From contig CAWKHF010000005.1 in the NCBI GenBank assembly GCA_963849325.1, forward strand, positions 736,001 through 800,000: a stretch of DNA of 64,000 nucleotides, in the 5' to 3' direction. Position numbers and translations under genes: made by a program. A model generated the notes under the pieces. The model saw only the letters and a program-made list of their open reading frames with translations. It was not told where the DNA came from and searched no databases. This document shows positions 22,534 to 34,236 of the stretch, one piece after another. Position 1 is the first letter of the stretch; each line of letters opens with the position of its first letter. Source of the DNA: an uncultured Planctomycetota bacterium (GTDB lineage: Bacteria; Planctomycetota; Planctomycetia; Gemmatales; Gemmataceae).

Positions 22534-25500
22534 TCAGCGAACCGGCGTCACCACGATCGATTTGATCTCGATGTCGCCGTCCTCCGACCACACGCGCACC
22601 GGCGAGCGGGCGTTGGGGAGCGTGCTGAGGCTGGAGCTGCCCTGTCCGCCGATACCCCGACCATTCACCCAGGCCGTCAACCCATCCCGCTTCATCAAGA
22701 TGCGGATCTCCTGCAAGGCGCCGGGAGCGGGGTTCAGCCGCGCGACTGCGTTGTGGACGAACCGACTCCGTTCGTCCGGGTCCGATTCGTAGGGCCAGTA
22801 GACCCGCGCTTTCACGGACGTTCCGTCGGGGTCGAGGGTCAAGGCGCCGCCGCTGAGGAAAGAGATGCGAAGGTGCCCCTTGGGCAACACCACTGTCACA
22901 CGAATGTCAATCGGGCCATCGTAGAGCTGGCGCGTTGTGACGGGCAGAAACGCCGGGACGTGGAGGAGCGTCCCTACAGCCGGCCTTGTAATCGACTTGG
23001 CGTTGGCATAGTCCAGGTCGTGGAACGGACGGCCTAGTTCCGGCAGCTTGCCGATCAGGGAACCGAGATTTTTTTTGCGCGGGCCTGGTCCTTCTTGTCC
23101 GCTTTCGGATTGTCCAGGCAGCGCTGATACCAGAAGTACGCCCGCCGCCGAGCGGCGGCCTTGTCCTTGGCGTCCGCCTTGTCCGCGTACTTGGCCCACT
23201 CGTCGCCGAGGTCTGCCTGCTCGGTGGGGCCGGCCGGATCGTCCACATCCTTCCCGGCCAGTTCACTCAGCGCCATGTCCTTGTCGCCACCCTTGGCCAG
23301 AAGCGGCAGACCAGCCTCCCAGTCACCGCGCACGAAACTGCGGAAGCGGCCCAGCGCCAGGTTCCCCTCGGGATCGTCCAGATCCTGATCCAACTTCTGG
23401 ACGGAGGGTTTGATCGCCGTGTACTCCTTGCGAAGGGACTCGAACGGGCCGGACGCCCGCTCCACCGCCTTGCCCAGGACGGTGCTCATGTCGGCCTTGA
23501 GGGCGGCGGCGCGGGCCACCTTCAACAGACGTTCGCCCCGGACGAAGTCCTCGTCGATCACGGCGCGATCCAACAGCAGCAGCGCCTTCTGCGTGAGGAT
23601 GCGGTATTTCTCCTTCTCTTCTTTCTTTCCGGAGAGTTTGCCCAGGACCTGCTCGAGAGCCTCGCATTTGACCTCCAACGGTTCGACGGAGAACTGGGAG
23701 CTTAGCTCCGAAACGGCGCGGACGGCCGTGCTCACTTCGCCGCTCTCGACGGCCAGGTCGCGCGCTTTGAGCAGCATGACGTAGCGCAAACCCGGATCGG
23801 GCTGACGCCGGTTCTCTTCGCACAACCGGGCCGATAGACTGCGCGAAGACATCGATTTGAGATCGTCCTTGTAAATAACTTGGAACAGCTTCTGCTTCTC
23901 GACCACCGTCTGCTCGTTGGGGACTTCCATCGTATTGAAGGACCGGCGCGGCCGAGGTCGAGGCGGGGGGGGCGGTTTGACCACGGTAACCGCCGACGAA
24001 CCCGGCAGATCGACGCGGACCATTTCTCCTGGTCCCTGCTTGAACTGGAACTGATCGAAGACGGGGGCGAAAGTCCGGGCGGAAGTCGAGCCGGCGAGGA
24101 CGCCGAGCTTGACCTTGGCCGGCCATTCGATTTCCAACGGTTTGACGTCGTGCCATTGTTGGCCGTCTTCGCTGTAGGAGGCCAAGATCGTGTTGCCGCG
24201 ACGCCTCAGCCGCAAGTAGGTTTCCTCTTCACTCAAGCTCGGGAAATTGTGTCCGACGTTCTTCAGCACGCCGTCCTGACGCACTTCCCAGTTGGCATAC
24301 AGCGTCGAAGGTTTTCGCTCGTGCCATCCCGCGCGTTCCCAACGAAGGAAGGTGCCTTCCTTGACCCACACCAGCAGGCCAGCTCCGATCCAGGAATACG
24401 GCCCCCGGGTCGCGGTCTTCGCGGGCACGAAGTCGCCGCCAACCCGCACCTGCGCCGTGAAGTCGCCTTCAACGTCGAACAGCACGCGCGGGGAGTTCGC
24501 GCGATTGTCGGGGCCTTCCAGGATGTGAGGCTTGTCCGGGACGGCGATGGTCAGCTTGCCGGCGACATTGGGGAACTTGCAATCGCCATCGGGATCAACC
24601 GGCTTCTCCCAGGCGACGGCGGACCCGCTGGGTGACGACGGATTGACAGCGACCATAGTCGCGCCCGAGAGAGGAAACGTATCGAGGTGGATTTTGTCGC
24701 CGTTGAGACTGGCGCAGAGCAATTGCTTGCTGTCGAGCGAAAAGCCGGCGCTCAGCATATCCGCGGAGGAGGCGAGACCGGGCACGTTTTGGCGCGTGGC
24801 CAGGTTCCAGACGCGGACCTCACGACTACCGGCGGCCAGGACGAAGGCGTTGTCGGGAGAAAAAACCAGTTGATGAATGGGACCGCTCGGCAGGCTCGAC
24901 TGCCAAAGAAGTTTGCCATTGCTTGTTTCCCACAGGGAGAGGAGCGGGGATTGACCTCCTTGCACCGAGGCGACATACTTGCCGTCCGGCGAAGCCGCGA
25001 TGCTGCCGACCGGCTCCGGGCGGCCGCGGAAGGACCGAATACCTCCATTGGGGACGAGGGACCACATCATCATCACCTGATCGATGTCCTTGTCGCCGCG
25101 CTCGAAGCCAATGAAGAATGCCTGGTTATCGGCGGAGAAGGCCAGACAGAGAGGGCGTCGTTGAAACCCATAACCATTTTGCTTCGACGCCTCGAAGTCC
25201 CATCGGTGGCAGTTCCGCAGGTCGCGGGTGTTGGTGAAGGCCCCTTGCCGCCCATCGGGAGACAGAGCGACGGTAACGATGGGCGCACGGTTGGAAACGG
25301 TGCGGATCGTCTCTCCGGTCTGTACGTTCCACAGGCGTATGCTTCCATCCACAGAGCCGGTGAGGACACGCTGTCCGTCGGCGGAAAACGCCACGGACGT
25401 AATCGCTCCCTTATGTCCGGTAAACGTGCGGATGACGTCGTTGGTTTGCGGGTTGACCAGGCGCCAGGTTGCTTCTCCTTCGTTGGAGATGGCCAGCATG

Positions 25501-27551
25501 TCCCCCTTCGGCGACAGAAGGAAGATACGCTCCGCCACCAAGGTGCTCGCGGGTGCGTGCAGCGGCTTGCCCTCGACGCCCTGGCGCCGGATGTCCTGGA
25601 TCTCGGAATCCGACAGCGCGGCGGGCTGAGCGTGACCTCGTCGAGGACACCCTTCATATTCACGCCCAGGAAGTCGAAGGCGCCCTCATCGGGGCCGGCG
25701 GTCATCTGCGATTTCAACTCGTAAGTGCGATCGTCAACGATCAGCCGCAGGTCGCCTTGGCTGGTGCCGCCGTTGCGGAGCACGGCGGCGAGAAAGACCC
25801 ATTGTCCTTTCGGAAAGACCAACTGGCGCGTGCTGGACTTGATCCATAAGTCCGGCCGATGGTCCGGGTTCCAGGCACTGACCCACAGCATGCGCTCGAT
25901 ATCGGTCGTGAGGCCGAAATGGAAGTCTTTCAATGGCTCGTTCGCCCGCGCAGTAGATCCAACAAACTTTGTCGTTCGTATCGTCCAGGCGGACCCAGGC
26001 CGTAAGCGTGTAGTTGGGTAGGCGGTTGATGAGCGAGCGCTTCAGGCGGAGAGAGCCGCCATTGCACGCCAGGCCGCCGCCGGCCTTGCCCTCGTCGGTG
26101 AAGGCCACCTTATCGCACAAGCCGTCGTTGCCGCGACCGCTCCGGTCGCGGACGTAGGTTTGGCCGTCCTTCTGATAGAACGAGTCCTTGTCGAAATTCA
26201 TCACCAGCACGGCGTCCTGGAGAGGCCCCACGGTCGGAGCGGGAGGCGGTTGGACCACGTTCCGGGGGCGAGGGTTGTCGTTGTTGACGGGGCTGCTCGG
26301 TGGGACGACCGGCGGTTGTTGATCGGCTTCCGGCTCCGGCTTGGACGCCTCCGACTTGGGCGGCTTCGACTGGGGCCGATTCTGCGCGACGGGTGTATCG
26401 CGCTTGGCAGACGAACCGCCGCGTAGCCCCAGGCCGGCGCCCACACCGATGCCCAGCAACAGCAGCAGGGCCGCCGCGCCGCCAATGGCGCCCCAGGCCC
26501 AGATCGGCATCTTGCCTGTCGCCTTCCGCTTCTTGTCAATCGGCTCGCCTGGCTCGCCGTCGCCGAAGTCCCAATCCGGTCCCTGCGCCGCGGCCGATTG
26601 TCCGTCGGCCGTCGCCTTCGTCGCCTTGCTCGCCCGCTTTTCCTCCGGCACCAGTTCCGTCAACAGCGGCACCTTGTCCAGCGGACCCCGGCAAGCGTCA
26701 TACAGTTCCTTCACCAGCGGCTGCGCCTGCGCATCTCGTATCTCCAACAGTTCCTTGAACAGCGGCGACTCGGTCGGCGCCGACAAGTCGGATTGGCGGA
26801 ACAGCAGGTTGTCGCCGTTGTCATAACGCTCCCACAACGAGCGACCGCCGACCGTCAGGCAACGCAGACCCGTGGCGATTGCCAACAGAGAAAAGCGATC
26901 CACTTCCTGGTTGTACGCTCCCGTCCGCAAGCGTTCGGGATGCTGGAAGGCGGGATGGCCGACCTCGCCCGACTTCTTGCCCGCCAATGCCGGCACGCAC
27001 ATGCCGTCGTAATCGATCAGCTTGACCGCCAGCGAATTGGCATTGCTGCCGGGCACCAACAGGACGTTGCCGTGCTGCAAATCGCAGTGTGCCAGCTTGG
27101 CGTCGCGCAGACGTCGCGCCATGCGCAGCCAGATTTGACCCATCGCCTGCAAGATCGGCTTCTTGTCCAGGTTGTCGCGGACGAACTCGTTGAGGACGAA
27201 GCCCTCGACCCACTGCATTTTGAGGATGGGATACCATTGGCCGCGAACGCGGATGCCCTGCTCCAGATACTGGAAATCGACCATGAACGGCAGGTTGGTC
27301 TGGTGCAGGTACTTGCTGATTTCGTGATAGCGTTCGCGCAGGCCGGCGACTTCGCGGGTGAAGCACTTGACGGCCCAGCGCGAGCCGGACGGGCAGCGCA
27401 CCTCGTAGACATCGGCGAAGTTGCCGGAGCGCGGCAGAGGAATGCCCAGGGCGTTGCTGACCGCCTCGCCCGTCTTCAGCTCGGCGTCGCCGAAGCTCTG
27501 GCGCGGGTCCTGGATGGCTTCGTTGTAATCCTGGGACAGAGGCCAACTCAT
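22534..27551 (-). CDS. Large membrane-anchored Ser/Thr kinase-like protein (kinase - TM - LamG - WD40 - DUF1349/ConA-like - helical - C-terminal beta domain); frameshifts near 25940, 25625 and 23070
   Basis: SGNFADVY, AVKCF, HCDLQHGN, LIDYDG; TM WAWGAIGG..LLLLLGIGV; WD40 FTGHKGAITSVAFS; VEGDF...V...AGL. Four consecutive ORFs join. Confidence 0.75.
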
Positions 27552-27572
27552 GGGGCAAACTCCTGCGATTTC

Positions 27573-27635
27573 GTTTAGCCGCGACGCGCAGCGGAGCGCG
27601 GGGCTGTCGCGTTCCGCTGCGCGTCGCGGCTAAAC
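27573..27635. repeat. REP-like palindrome, family A
   Basis: Inverted arms; contains the stop of the PP2C gene. Confidence 0.9.
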
Positions 27636-28391
27636 GGGAAAGTCGATAATCACCAGTGTCACGTCGTCGTTGCGCAGACCCTGCTTGTCGCGGCGCTCCT
27701 CGACCCAGCCGGCGAAGGCGTCGAGCGGGGCCGACTCCGCCAGCAGGCCGGCGATGTCGTCGCCGGGCCGGCCGTCCTCTTCGCCGCGGCGCAGCGACCA
27801 CTCGGCCAGGGCGTCGGTCATGAGCAGGAAGCGGTCGCCGGGCCGCCATCGGCCGTCGACGCGCCGGACGGCCGGATGCGGCGTATCGATGGGCCGGCCG
27901 CGCGAGCCGAGCAGCGGCGGTTGATTGCCGAAGTCGGCCGAGCGCTTCAGCGGGAAGGCGTGGCGCAGTCGGCCCCTGCTCAGGTGGAACAGGCAGCTGT
28001 CGCCGACGGCCACCGCCCGCCACGGACCCGATTCCTCATTCGCTTCCGGTTGGTGGAAGGCGACGCCCAGAAACGTGGCGAAGGCGCCCTGCTCGCGCTT
28101 GTCCTCAGCATACCACGGCAGCGTCAGGCCATCGACCTCCGCTACCCAGCGCTGACGCGGCGGTGTCAGCCAATCCAACTCCTGCCACGGCTGACCTTCC
28201 GCGGCGACGAAGCCTTCGACCAGGTATTTCGCCCAGGTCGCCACGAAGGAACTCTCCGAGGCGCCGTCGGCCACGGCGAAGCGTCCACGATCCGGGTCGC
28301 CGGCGAAGGCGTCCTCGTACTCCTCCGGCGCGTGGCCGCGCTTGGGCAGGTGGAAGGCGTGCCAGCGCGGGAGAAGGCCGTTGTCGGGCAT
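27630..28391 (-). CDS. PP2C-like phosphatase of TerY-P triad type
   Basis: YEDA, AVADGASES, AVGDS, LMTDAL, NDDVT. Confidence 0.85.
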   Translation of the reverse strand: MPDNGLLPRWHAFHLPKRGHAPEEYEDAFAGDPDRGRFAVADGASESSFVATWAKYLVEGFVAAEGQPWQELDWLTPPRQRWVAEVDGLTLPWYAEDKREQGAFATFLGVAFHQPEANEESGPWRAVAVGDSCLFHLSRGRLRHAFPLKRSADFGNQPPLLGSRGRPIDTPHPAVRRVDGRWRPGDRFLLMTDALAEWSLRRGEEDGRPGDDIAGLLAESAPLDAFAGWVEERRDKQGLRNDDVTLVIIDFPV

Positions 28392-28393
28392 GG

Positions 28394-28564
28394 TTTACCG
28401 CACCGTCTGGGCCACGCGCGTGCCTTTCTCCCCTCTCCCCCGCTTCGGGGGAGAGGGGTAGGGGGTGAGGGGGAGGTTCCTCCCCCTCACCCCCTACCCC
28501 TCTCCCCCGAAGCGGGGGAGAGGGGGGACTCGATTTACCGCACCGTCTGGGCCACGCGGGTGCC
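28394..28564. repeat. CCCCTCTCCCC palindrome (family F) flanked by a 31-bp direct repeat of the vWA gene 3' end
   Basis: TTTACCGCACCGTCTGGGCCACGCG(C/G)GTGCC at 28394-28424 and 28534-28564. Confidence 0.85.
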
Positions 28565-29374
28565 GATGTCCAAAAAGCGGACCACCGACACTAGGTCGGC
28601 GTTGAAGACGAAGCCACGCGCTCCCGCATCCACCGGAAACTTGTCGGCCCGCGCCGCCTCGAACAGCCGTGTCGGCAGCTTGCTCGACATGCGAAACAGC
28701 AGCTTGGCGAAGTTGTCGGGCAGACCATCCTCGGCCGCCGGGAACTCGATGGGCAGCACCTTTGACTTCGAGACGTGCGTGTTGAACAGCAGCACGTTGC
28801 CGTCCTGGCTGGCCAGCTCGCGCACCGTCTTGGCCGCCGGCAGCGGATCGCCGTCGGTGGCCATGCCGTCGGTGACATTGATGACCAACGGCGGATAGCA
28901 AGAGGAGAAGCGGCCGAGGAAGACTTCGAGGTATTGCTTGGCGAGCTGGAACGCCTCGCACATGGGCGTGCGGCCGGTGGCCTTGGACTCGAACCAGACG
29001 GGAAACTTGAACGACTGTTCCAGGATGCCGCCGGCGCCGTCATCGACGCGGCGCGTGCGCTGCTCGACGCGCAGCGGGTTGTTGGCAATGGCGCTGATGG
29101 GCACCAGGGTTTGCCCGGCCAGGCCGCCGCCCAGGGCCGAGTTGACGCGGCCGCCGTAACCGATGACGCCGACATAGAAGTAATCGCGGATGCCGTCGGA
29201 CTTGGCGCACTTGAGGATGAGGTTTTGCAGCAGGCGGTTGATGGCGTCGGCGACACCCTCGGACTTTTTCTTGTCCTCCTGGCCGCCGAATGGCTCCAGC
29301 ATCGAACTGGACTGATCGACGAGGAAAACGAAACAGGTGGGATTGGTGCGGGTGATCTCGGCGCTGTACGGCAT
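28535..29374 (-). CDS. Stand-alone vWA domain protein (TerY-like)
   Basis: MIDAS DQSSS, GRTPM, INVTDG; upstream of PP2C and kinase. Confidence 0.85.
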   Translation of the reverse strand: MPYSAEITRTNPTCFVFLVDQSSSMLEPFGGQEDKKKSEGVADAINRLLQNLILKCAKSDGIRDYFYVGVIGYGGRVNSALGGGLAGQTLVPISAIANNPLRVEQRTRRVDDGAGGILEQSFKFPVWFESKATGRTPMCEAFQLAKQYLEVFLGRFSSCYPPLVINVTDGMATDGDPLPAAKTVRELASQDGNVLLFNTHVSKSKVLPIEFPAAEDGLPDNFAKLLFRMSSKLPTRLFEAARADKFPVDAGARGFVFNADLVSVVRFLDIGTRVAQTVR

Positions 29375-29430
29375 GGGCCAGCTCGATTCGTCGGGGCGAG
29401 GGAGAAACAACGGAGGCGCTTATTAGAACG

Positions 29431-29459
29431 AGTCTAACAGCGCTCTCGCCCCGCAACAA
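29431..29459 (-). promoter_or_regulatory. Putative sigma70-like promoter of the vWA operon
   Basis: TTGTTG-17 bp-TAGACT on the minus strand. Confidence 0.3.
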
Positions 29460-29485
29460 GGGTGTGGAGAGCCCTTACTTTTTTG

Positions 29486-29545
29486 GGCGAACGGCCGGCG
29501 TTAGCCGACTGGTTCTTACCAGCCGGCTAACGCCGGCCGTTCGCC
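29486..29545. repeat. REP-like palindrome, family E (GGCGAACGGCCGGCGT[C/T]AGCCG)
   Basis: Inverted arms; copies at 39058 and 52961. Confidence 0.9.
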
Positions 29546-31778
29546 ATCCGTAGCGCCTTGGCGAGACGGTGCAGATCGGCATCGAGTGTCCGGTCCTCGT
29601 CCGCGCTCAGCGGGCGAGCGCCGAAACGCACCCGGTAGAACAGCTCGACCACACGGCCGGGCAAGTCCGCCACGACGGCCAGGCCCGGCCGCGTCCGCAA
29701 AAGTTGTCGCGCCGCCTCGCCGAACTCCCACGGCGTCTGTCCGGGGCGTGGCCGCAACGAGGCGCGGCGCGCCAGCAGGACGAGGAGACGATCGTAGAAG
29801 GCCCCGACGTTATCCGGCCGCGCGCGGCCAACCGGCGCCGGAGGAACAGGCGGCGAAGGAAAGGCAACGCCACCAGCGCCGTCGAACCGGCCGCGAGAAG
29901 GAAGCCGAGCCGTGCCAGCGTACTCGGATGGCCGTCGGGGTTGAGGCGGTCCCACAGGTCGGCCTGTTGGTCGGCGTTGTACTCGACGATCAACGATTGC
30001 CACAGTTGCGCGACGCCGCGCCGGCCTTCCTGCCACCAGTAGGCCAGCGCGAAGGCGACCGGCGACGAGGCCGGCTCGGCCGGCGTCGGATCCAGCGTCA
30101 ACCAGTCGAACGGCGGCGACGCCTCGCGGCTCGGCACCAGGGCCTCGACCCAGGCGTGGGCGTGGCGGTGGCGCACGACGTAGCGGCCGCCACCCTGGTC
30201 CTCCGCCCCGCGAAATCCCTTGACCAGCCGGGCCGGGATGCCCAGCGAGCGCAGCATCAACGTCAGGGCGGCGGCGTATCGTTCGCAGTGGCCCTGCTTG
30301 AGGTTGACCAGGAAATCCATCACCGGGTCCATGCCCAGGTCCTTGCGGGTCAACTGCAGGGAATAACCGAACTCGCCCGAGTTGGCCAGGTAGTCGGTCA
30401 AGACGCGGGCCACCGCCTCCCAATCTTCCGAGCGGTCGATCAGGAAGGCGTGTTGTGGTCCCGCCAGGGCCACGCACACGCTGTCCGGCAGATGGTAGCG
30501 CGGCTGGACCGAGAGGCGGCGCAACAGGTCGAAGGTCCACTCCTGCATGCCGGGCAGGTTCTGACGGATCAGGCGTTCGACATACGGTCCCGACTGGACG
30601 CCTTCGGCGGGTACGCGCCGCGGATCGGCTCCCGCGCGGAGGACCTGGCGATAGTGGTACTCCCTTCGGCGAAACGGGGCCAGCGGCAGGACGGTGCCCG
30701 ACGCCTCGGAAAACAGGGGGTGGCCGCGGCTGGGGCCGGGCACCTGGACGACGGGCAGACGGGCGGACTCGGGTCCGAAATGAATGGGTTCGGCCAGCAC
30801 CAGTCCGCCGGCCTGACGCGGCTGGACGGTGAAGGTCAGGAAACACTGGCCCGGCCCGAAGTCCGGCAGCTCTTTCTGGCGAGGTCTCCTTCGGAAAGGC
30901 CGGGGGGGCATCGCCATCCATCTGCCCGCCTCGTAGCTGTCGAACACCGCGCCGCGCCAGCGCTGGTCGCCGGGCAGGTCTAGCTTGGGCTGGTCGTCGG
31001 CGTCGCTGGCCAGGACCTCCAGGGCCACCTCGTTGTCCGGCTCCAGGGTGCCGGTGTGATTGAGGTCGATTTCCTCGCTCTGGCCGACCCGCAGGTGCGC
31101 TGGCTGATCCGATTCCGGGCGAAGGTCCTCCAACGGCTCCCAGGCCGAGCCATCCTGCCGCGGCGTAAGCAGGAACAGCAACAGCGTCAGGGCAACCACC
31201 AGCAGACCCCAGCGACAGGTGAACGCCAACAGCCAGCGGGCGGAGATCGTTTGCCGGGCGACGGTCGGCTCGGCCGGACCCGACAGCCGATAGCGCAGGG
31301 CGAGGACGGCGAGGGTGCTGGCGAGGTAGACGGCCAGCAAGCCGCCGAACGCCGGCCCCTCGGCCAGCACACAGCCCAGGCCGACTTGCAGCAGCCCCAA
31401 CCCTTGCAGACGCCAGAAGTCGCCCGGCCGGCGCGGCTGGAACACTTTGACGAGCAGGGCGGCGATCAGCAGCGGTCCCATGTACGGCACCAGGGCCAAC
31501 TGCACCGGCACGCGCGTCAACCACGATTCGGGATCGGCCAGGTGCAGGGCCAGCCAGGCCACTCCTCCGCCGCCGATCAGCGCGGCCAGGACGTTCGCTC
31601 CCCAGACCGGCAGGCTCCAGCGTCCTTCGGCCCACCAGGCCAACAACAACAGCGCCAACACCGGGGCCAAGCACATTTGCAGGCTGGGCAGGAAGAACGA
31701 CTCCGCGAACACCAGGGCCACACACGACAGTCCCAGCGTCGCGTAACCGCAGAGGCGGAACCAACTCTCCAGAGACAT
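29527..31778 (-). CDS. DUF3488/transglutaminase/DUF4129 membrane protein (TgpA-like; frameshift near 29820)
   Basis: TM N-terminus, RWRG..FD.Y, GHCERYA, R.LGIPARLV.GF, HAHAWVE, W.TLDPTP, C-terminal FY.VRFG. Confidence 0.9.
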
Positions 31779-31791
31779 CGGCGTCCTCCGG

Positions 31792-32930
31792 TCAACACGG
31801 CGGCGTGTAGAAATCAAAGTCGTCCGTCCGCGTGGCATCGAGTGCGTTCACGGGTCGTCCCAGGGCCCGCGCAGGGCGCCGGCCAGGGAACTTCGGCCCA
31901 TCGCCACCAGCACGACGACGGCCGACGGCAGGGCGGACGCCCTCAGCCGGGCGATCAGGGCCGTCTCGGCCGGCGCCGTAGCGCCCTCCAGTTCCGCCAG
32001 GCACTCCAGGACGCGACGAGCGTGGATCGGCCCTGTCAGCCCCTTGTGGACCAACGGGTTCGGTCCCGCCGTGGCCAGCACCAGCCAGTCGCCGCGAAGA
32101 CGACACCACTCCCAGCAGATGGTGGCGGCCAGGCTGATCGCGTCTTCCAGCGGCTGCGCACTGCCGTCCGCTTCGGGCGGCAGGGTCGGGTCGAACACCA
32201 GCAGCAGGTTGTCGCTCGGCTCGTCCTCGAACTCGCGGACCATTAGTTCGCTGCGCCGGGCCGACGTGCGCCAGTGGATCAAGCGCGGACTGTCGCCGCT
32301 GCGATACGAGCGCAAGCCGTGGAACTCGGCCTGGGCCGCCGGGTGCGGCCGGGGACGATTGCGGCTGGAGACACACCGCGGCAGCACGGCCAGGCTGCGC
32401 AGATGGCGCAGGAAGCGGCCGCGGTGGAGCCAACCCAGGCAAGGCAGCACGATCACGTCCTCGCCCACCGCCAGCGATGCGCGGCGTTCGACCAGGCCGA
32501 ACGGATAGCCGCTGTGGACCGTGATCGGACCCCAGGCATAGCGGCCTCTTCGCGGCAGGACCACCTCCTGACGCAGCGTCAGATTGCCGCGGCCGGGCAG
32601 CCGGTCGGCGAACCAGGTGACGGCATGGTCCGGTCCCCGGTCCTCGATGCGCAGACCCAGACGCGGACGGCGGCCGGCGTTGCTCACCCGCACCTCCACG
32701 TCGCACGGCGTCCGCGCGAACACCCACTCCGCGAGGCGTCGCCGCCCCCGCAGACCGCGCAAGCTCCGCCGCGCCGACACCCCGTTCAGCACCGCCACCG
32801 TCAGCAGCGCGTAACCGAGCAACATCAGCAGGTTGATGCTGCGGTGTATCCCGATGCCCAGCAGCAGCGCCGCCACCAGCAGATAATACGCGCCCGACCG
32901 TCGGAAGGTGACAAGGTGACAAGATGACAA
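31792..32930 (-). CDS. DUF58 protein (start uncertain; frameshift near 31865)
   Basis: RRG.Y, EF.GLR.YR.GDS.R.IHWR.SAR...LMVREFE. Confidence 0.9.
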
Positions 32931-33059
32931 GGTGACAAGGTGACAAGGAGATGAGCCGGACGAGCAATCGCCTGGCCCAAGGGTGGGCTAGTGTCTCTTT
33001 CATACCGTTTCTCCTGATTCCATTCACCTTGTCACCTTGTCACCTTGTCACCTTGTCAC
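32905..33059. repeat. Inverted tandem octamer array (AAGGTGAC)n ... (GTCACCTT)n
   Basis: About 5 units on the left and 4-5 on the right around a unique spacer. Confidence 0.85.
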
Positions 33060-34028
33060 GTCGGGATCGGCGTCTGTCCGAGGATGTCGCGGATGATGAT
33101 CCTCGGCGGTGCCGGCGGAGCCTTCTTGCCCGGAGGCGCGGAGCAGAATGCGATGGGCGAGCACGGCGGGGGCCAGGCGCTTGACGTCGTCGGGAACGAT
33201 GTAATCGCGGCCCTCGACCAGCGCCAGCGCCTGGGCGGCGCGATACAGGGACAGCGCCGCCCGTGTGCTGCCGCCCAGGTGGACATCCGGATGATAGCGC
33301 GTGGCGGCGATCAGGTCCAGCAGGTAGTCGGCCAGCGTGTCCTCGACGCGCACCTGCCGCACCGTCTGCTGCAGCGACACGACCTCCTCGGCCGACAACA
33401 CGGCGTGCAGGTGATCGACCGGCTCGCCGCCGCGATGGCCGGTCAGGATGCGTTTCTCCGCCTCGCGCTCCGGATAGCCGATGCGCAGGCGCATGAGGAA
33501 GCGGTCGAGCTGGCTCTCCGGCAGCGGATAGGTGCCCTCGAACTCGTAGGGGTTCTGCGTGGCCAGCACGAAGAACGGCGGACCGAGCGAGCGTGTCTGG
33601 CCATCCAGCGAAACCTGGTGATCGCTCATCGCCTCCAGCAGAGCGCTCTGGGTGCGCGGCGTGGCCCGGTTGATCTCGTCGGCCAGCACAACCTGAGCGA
33701 ACAGCGGGCCGGGCTGGAAGACGAAGGCGCCGGTGCCCTGGTGAAAGACGCTGGTGCCGAGCACGTCGCTGGGCAGCAGGTCCGGCGTGAACTGAATGCG
33801 ATGGAACGAGCAGCCGAGACTGCGGGATAGCGCCTTGGCCAGCAGCGTCTTGCCGATGCCCGGCACGTCCTCGATGAGCAAATGTCCCTCGGCCAGCAGC
33901 GTCACCAGGGCCAAACGGATGACCTCGGGCTTGCCGAGCAGAACGCTGGCGACGTTGTTTTGCAGCTTTTCCAGCAGGCGGATCGCCTCGCCGGTCGGTC
34001 CTCCGGGGGGAGTGTGGTTGCGGTTCAT
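33056..34028 (-). CDS. moxR: MoxR family AAA+ ATPase (frameshift near 33110)
   Basis: [54 protein letters not shown]. Confidence 0.95.
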
Positions 34029-34134
34029 GGTCTCCCGTGAGTCCCCCGCGAGGAATCGGTAGGAAGGGAATGGGAGATATTATAGACAGATTGACGTTGA
34101 ACCGACCAGGCGTTTGCTTGCGGCAAAACGCTTG

Positions 34135-34205
34135 CGAGCCTGAAGCGTAAGCGAAGAGAACGATAACCGAAGGTTGTCGCGCTCTTCGCTTACGCTTCAG
34201 GCTCG
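34135..34205. repeat. REP-like palindrome, family C
   Basis: Near-identical to the 10990 copy. Confidence 0.9.
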
Positions 34206-34236
34206 GAGAAACACATGCTATCCGCTTGATCGGGGT

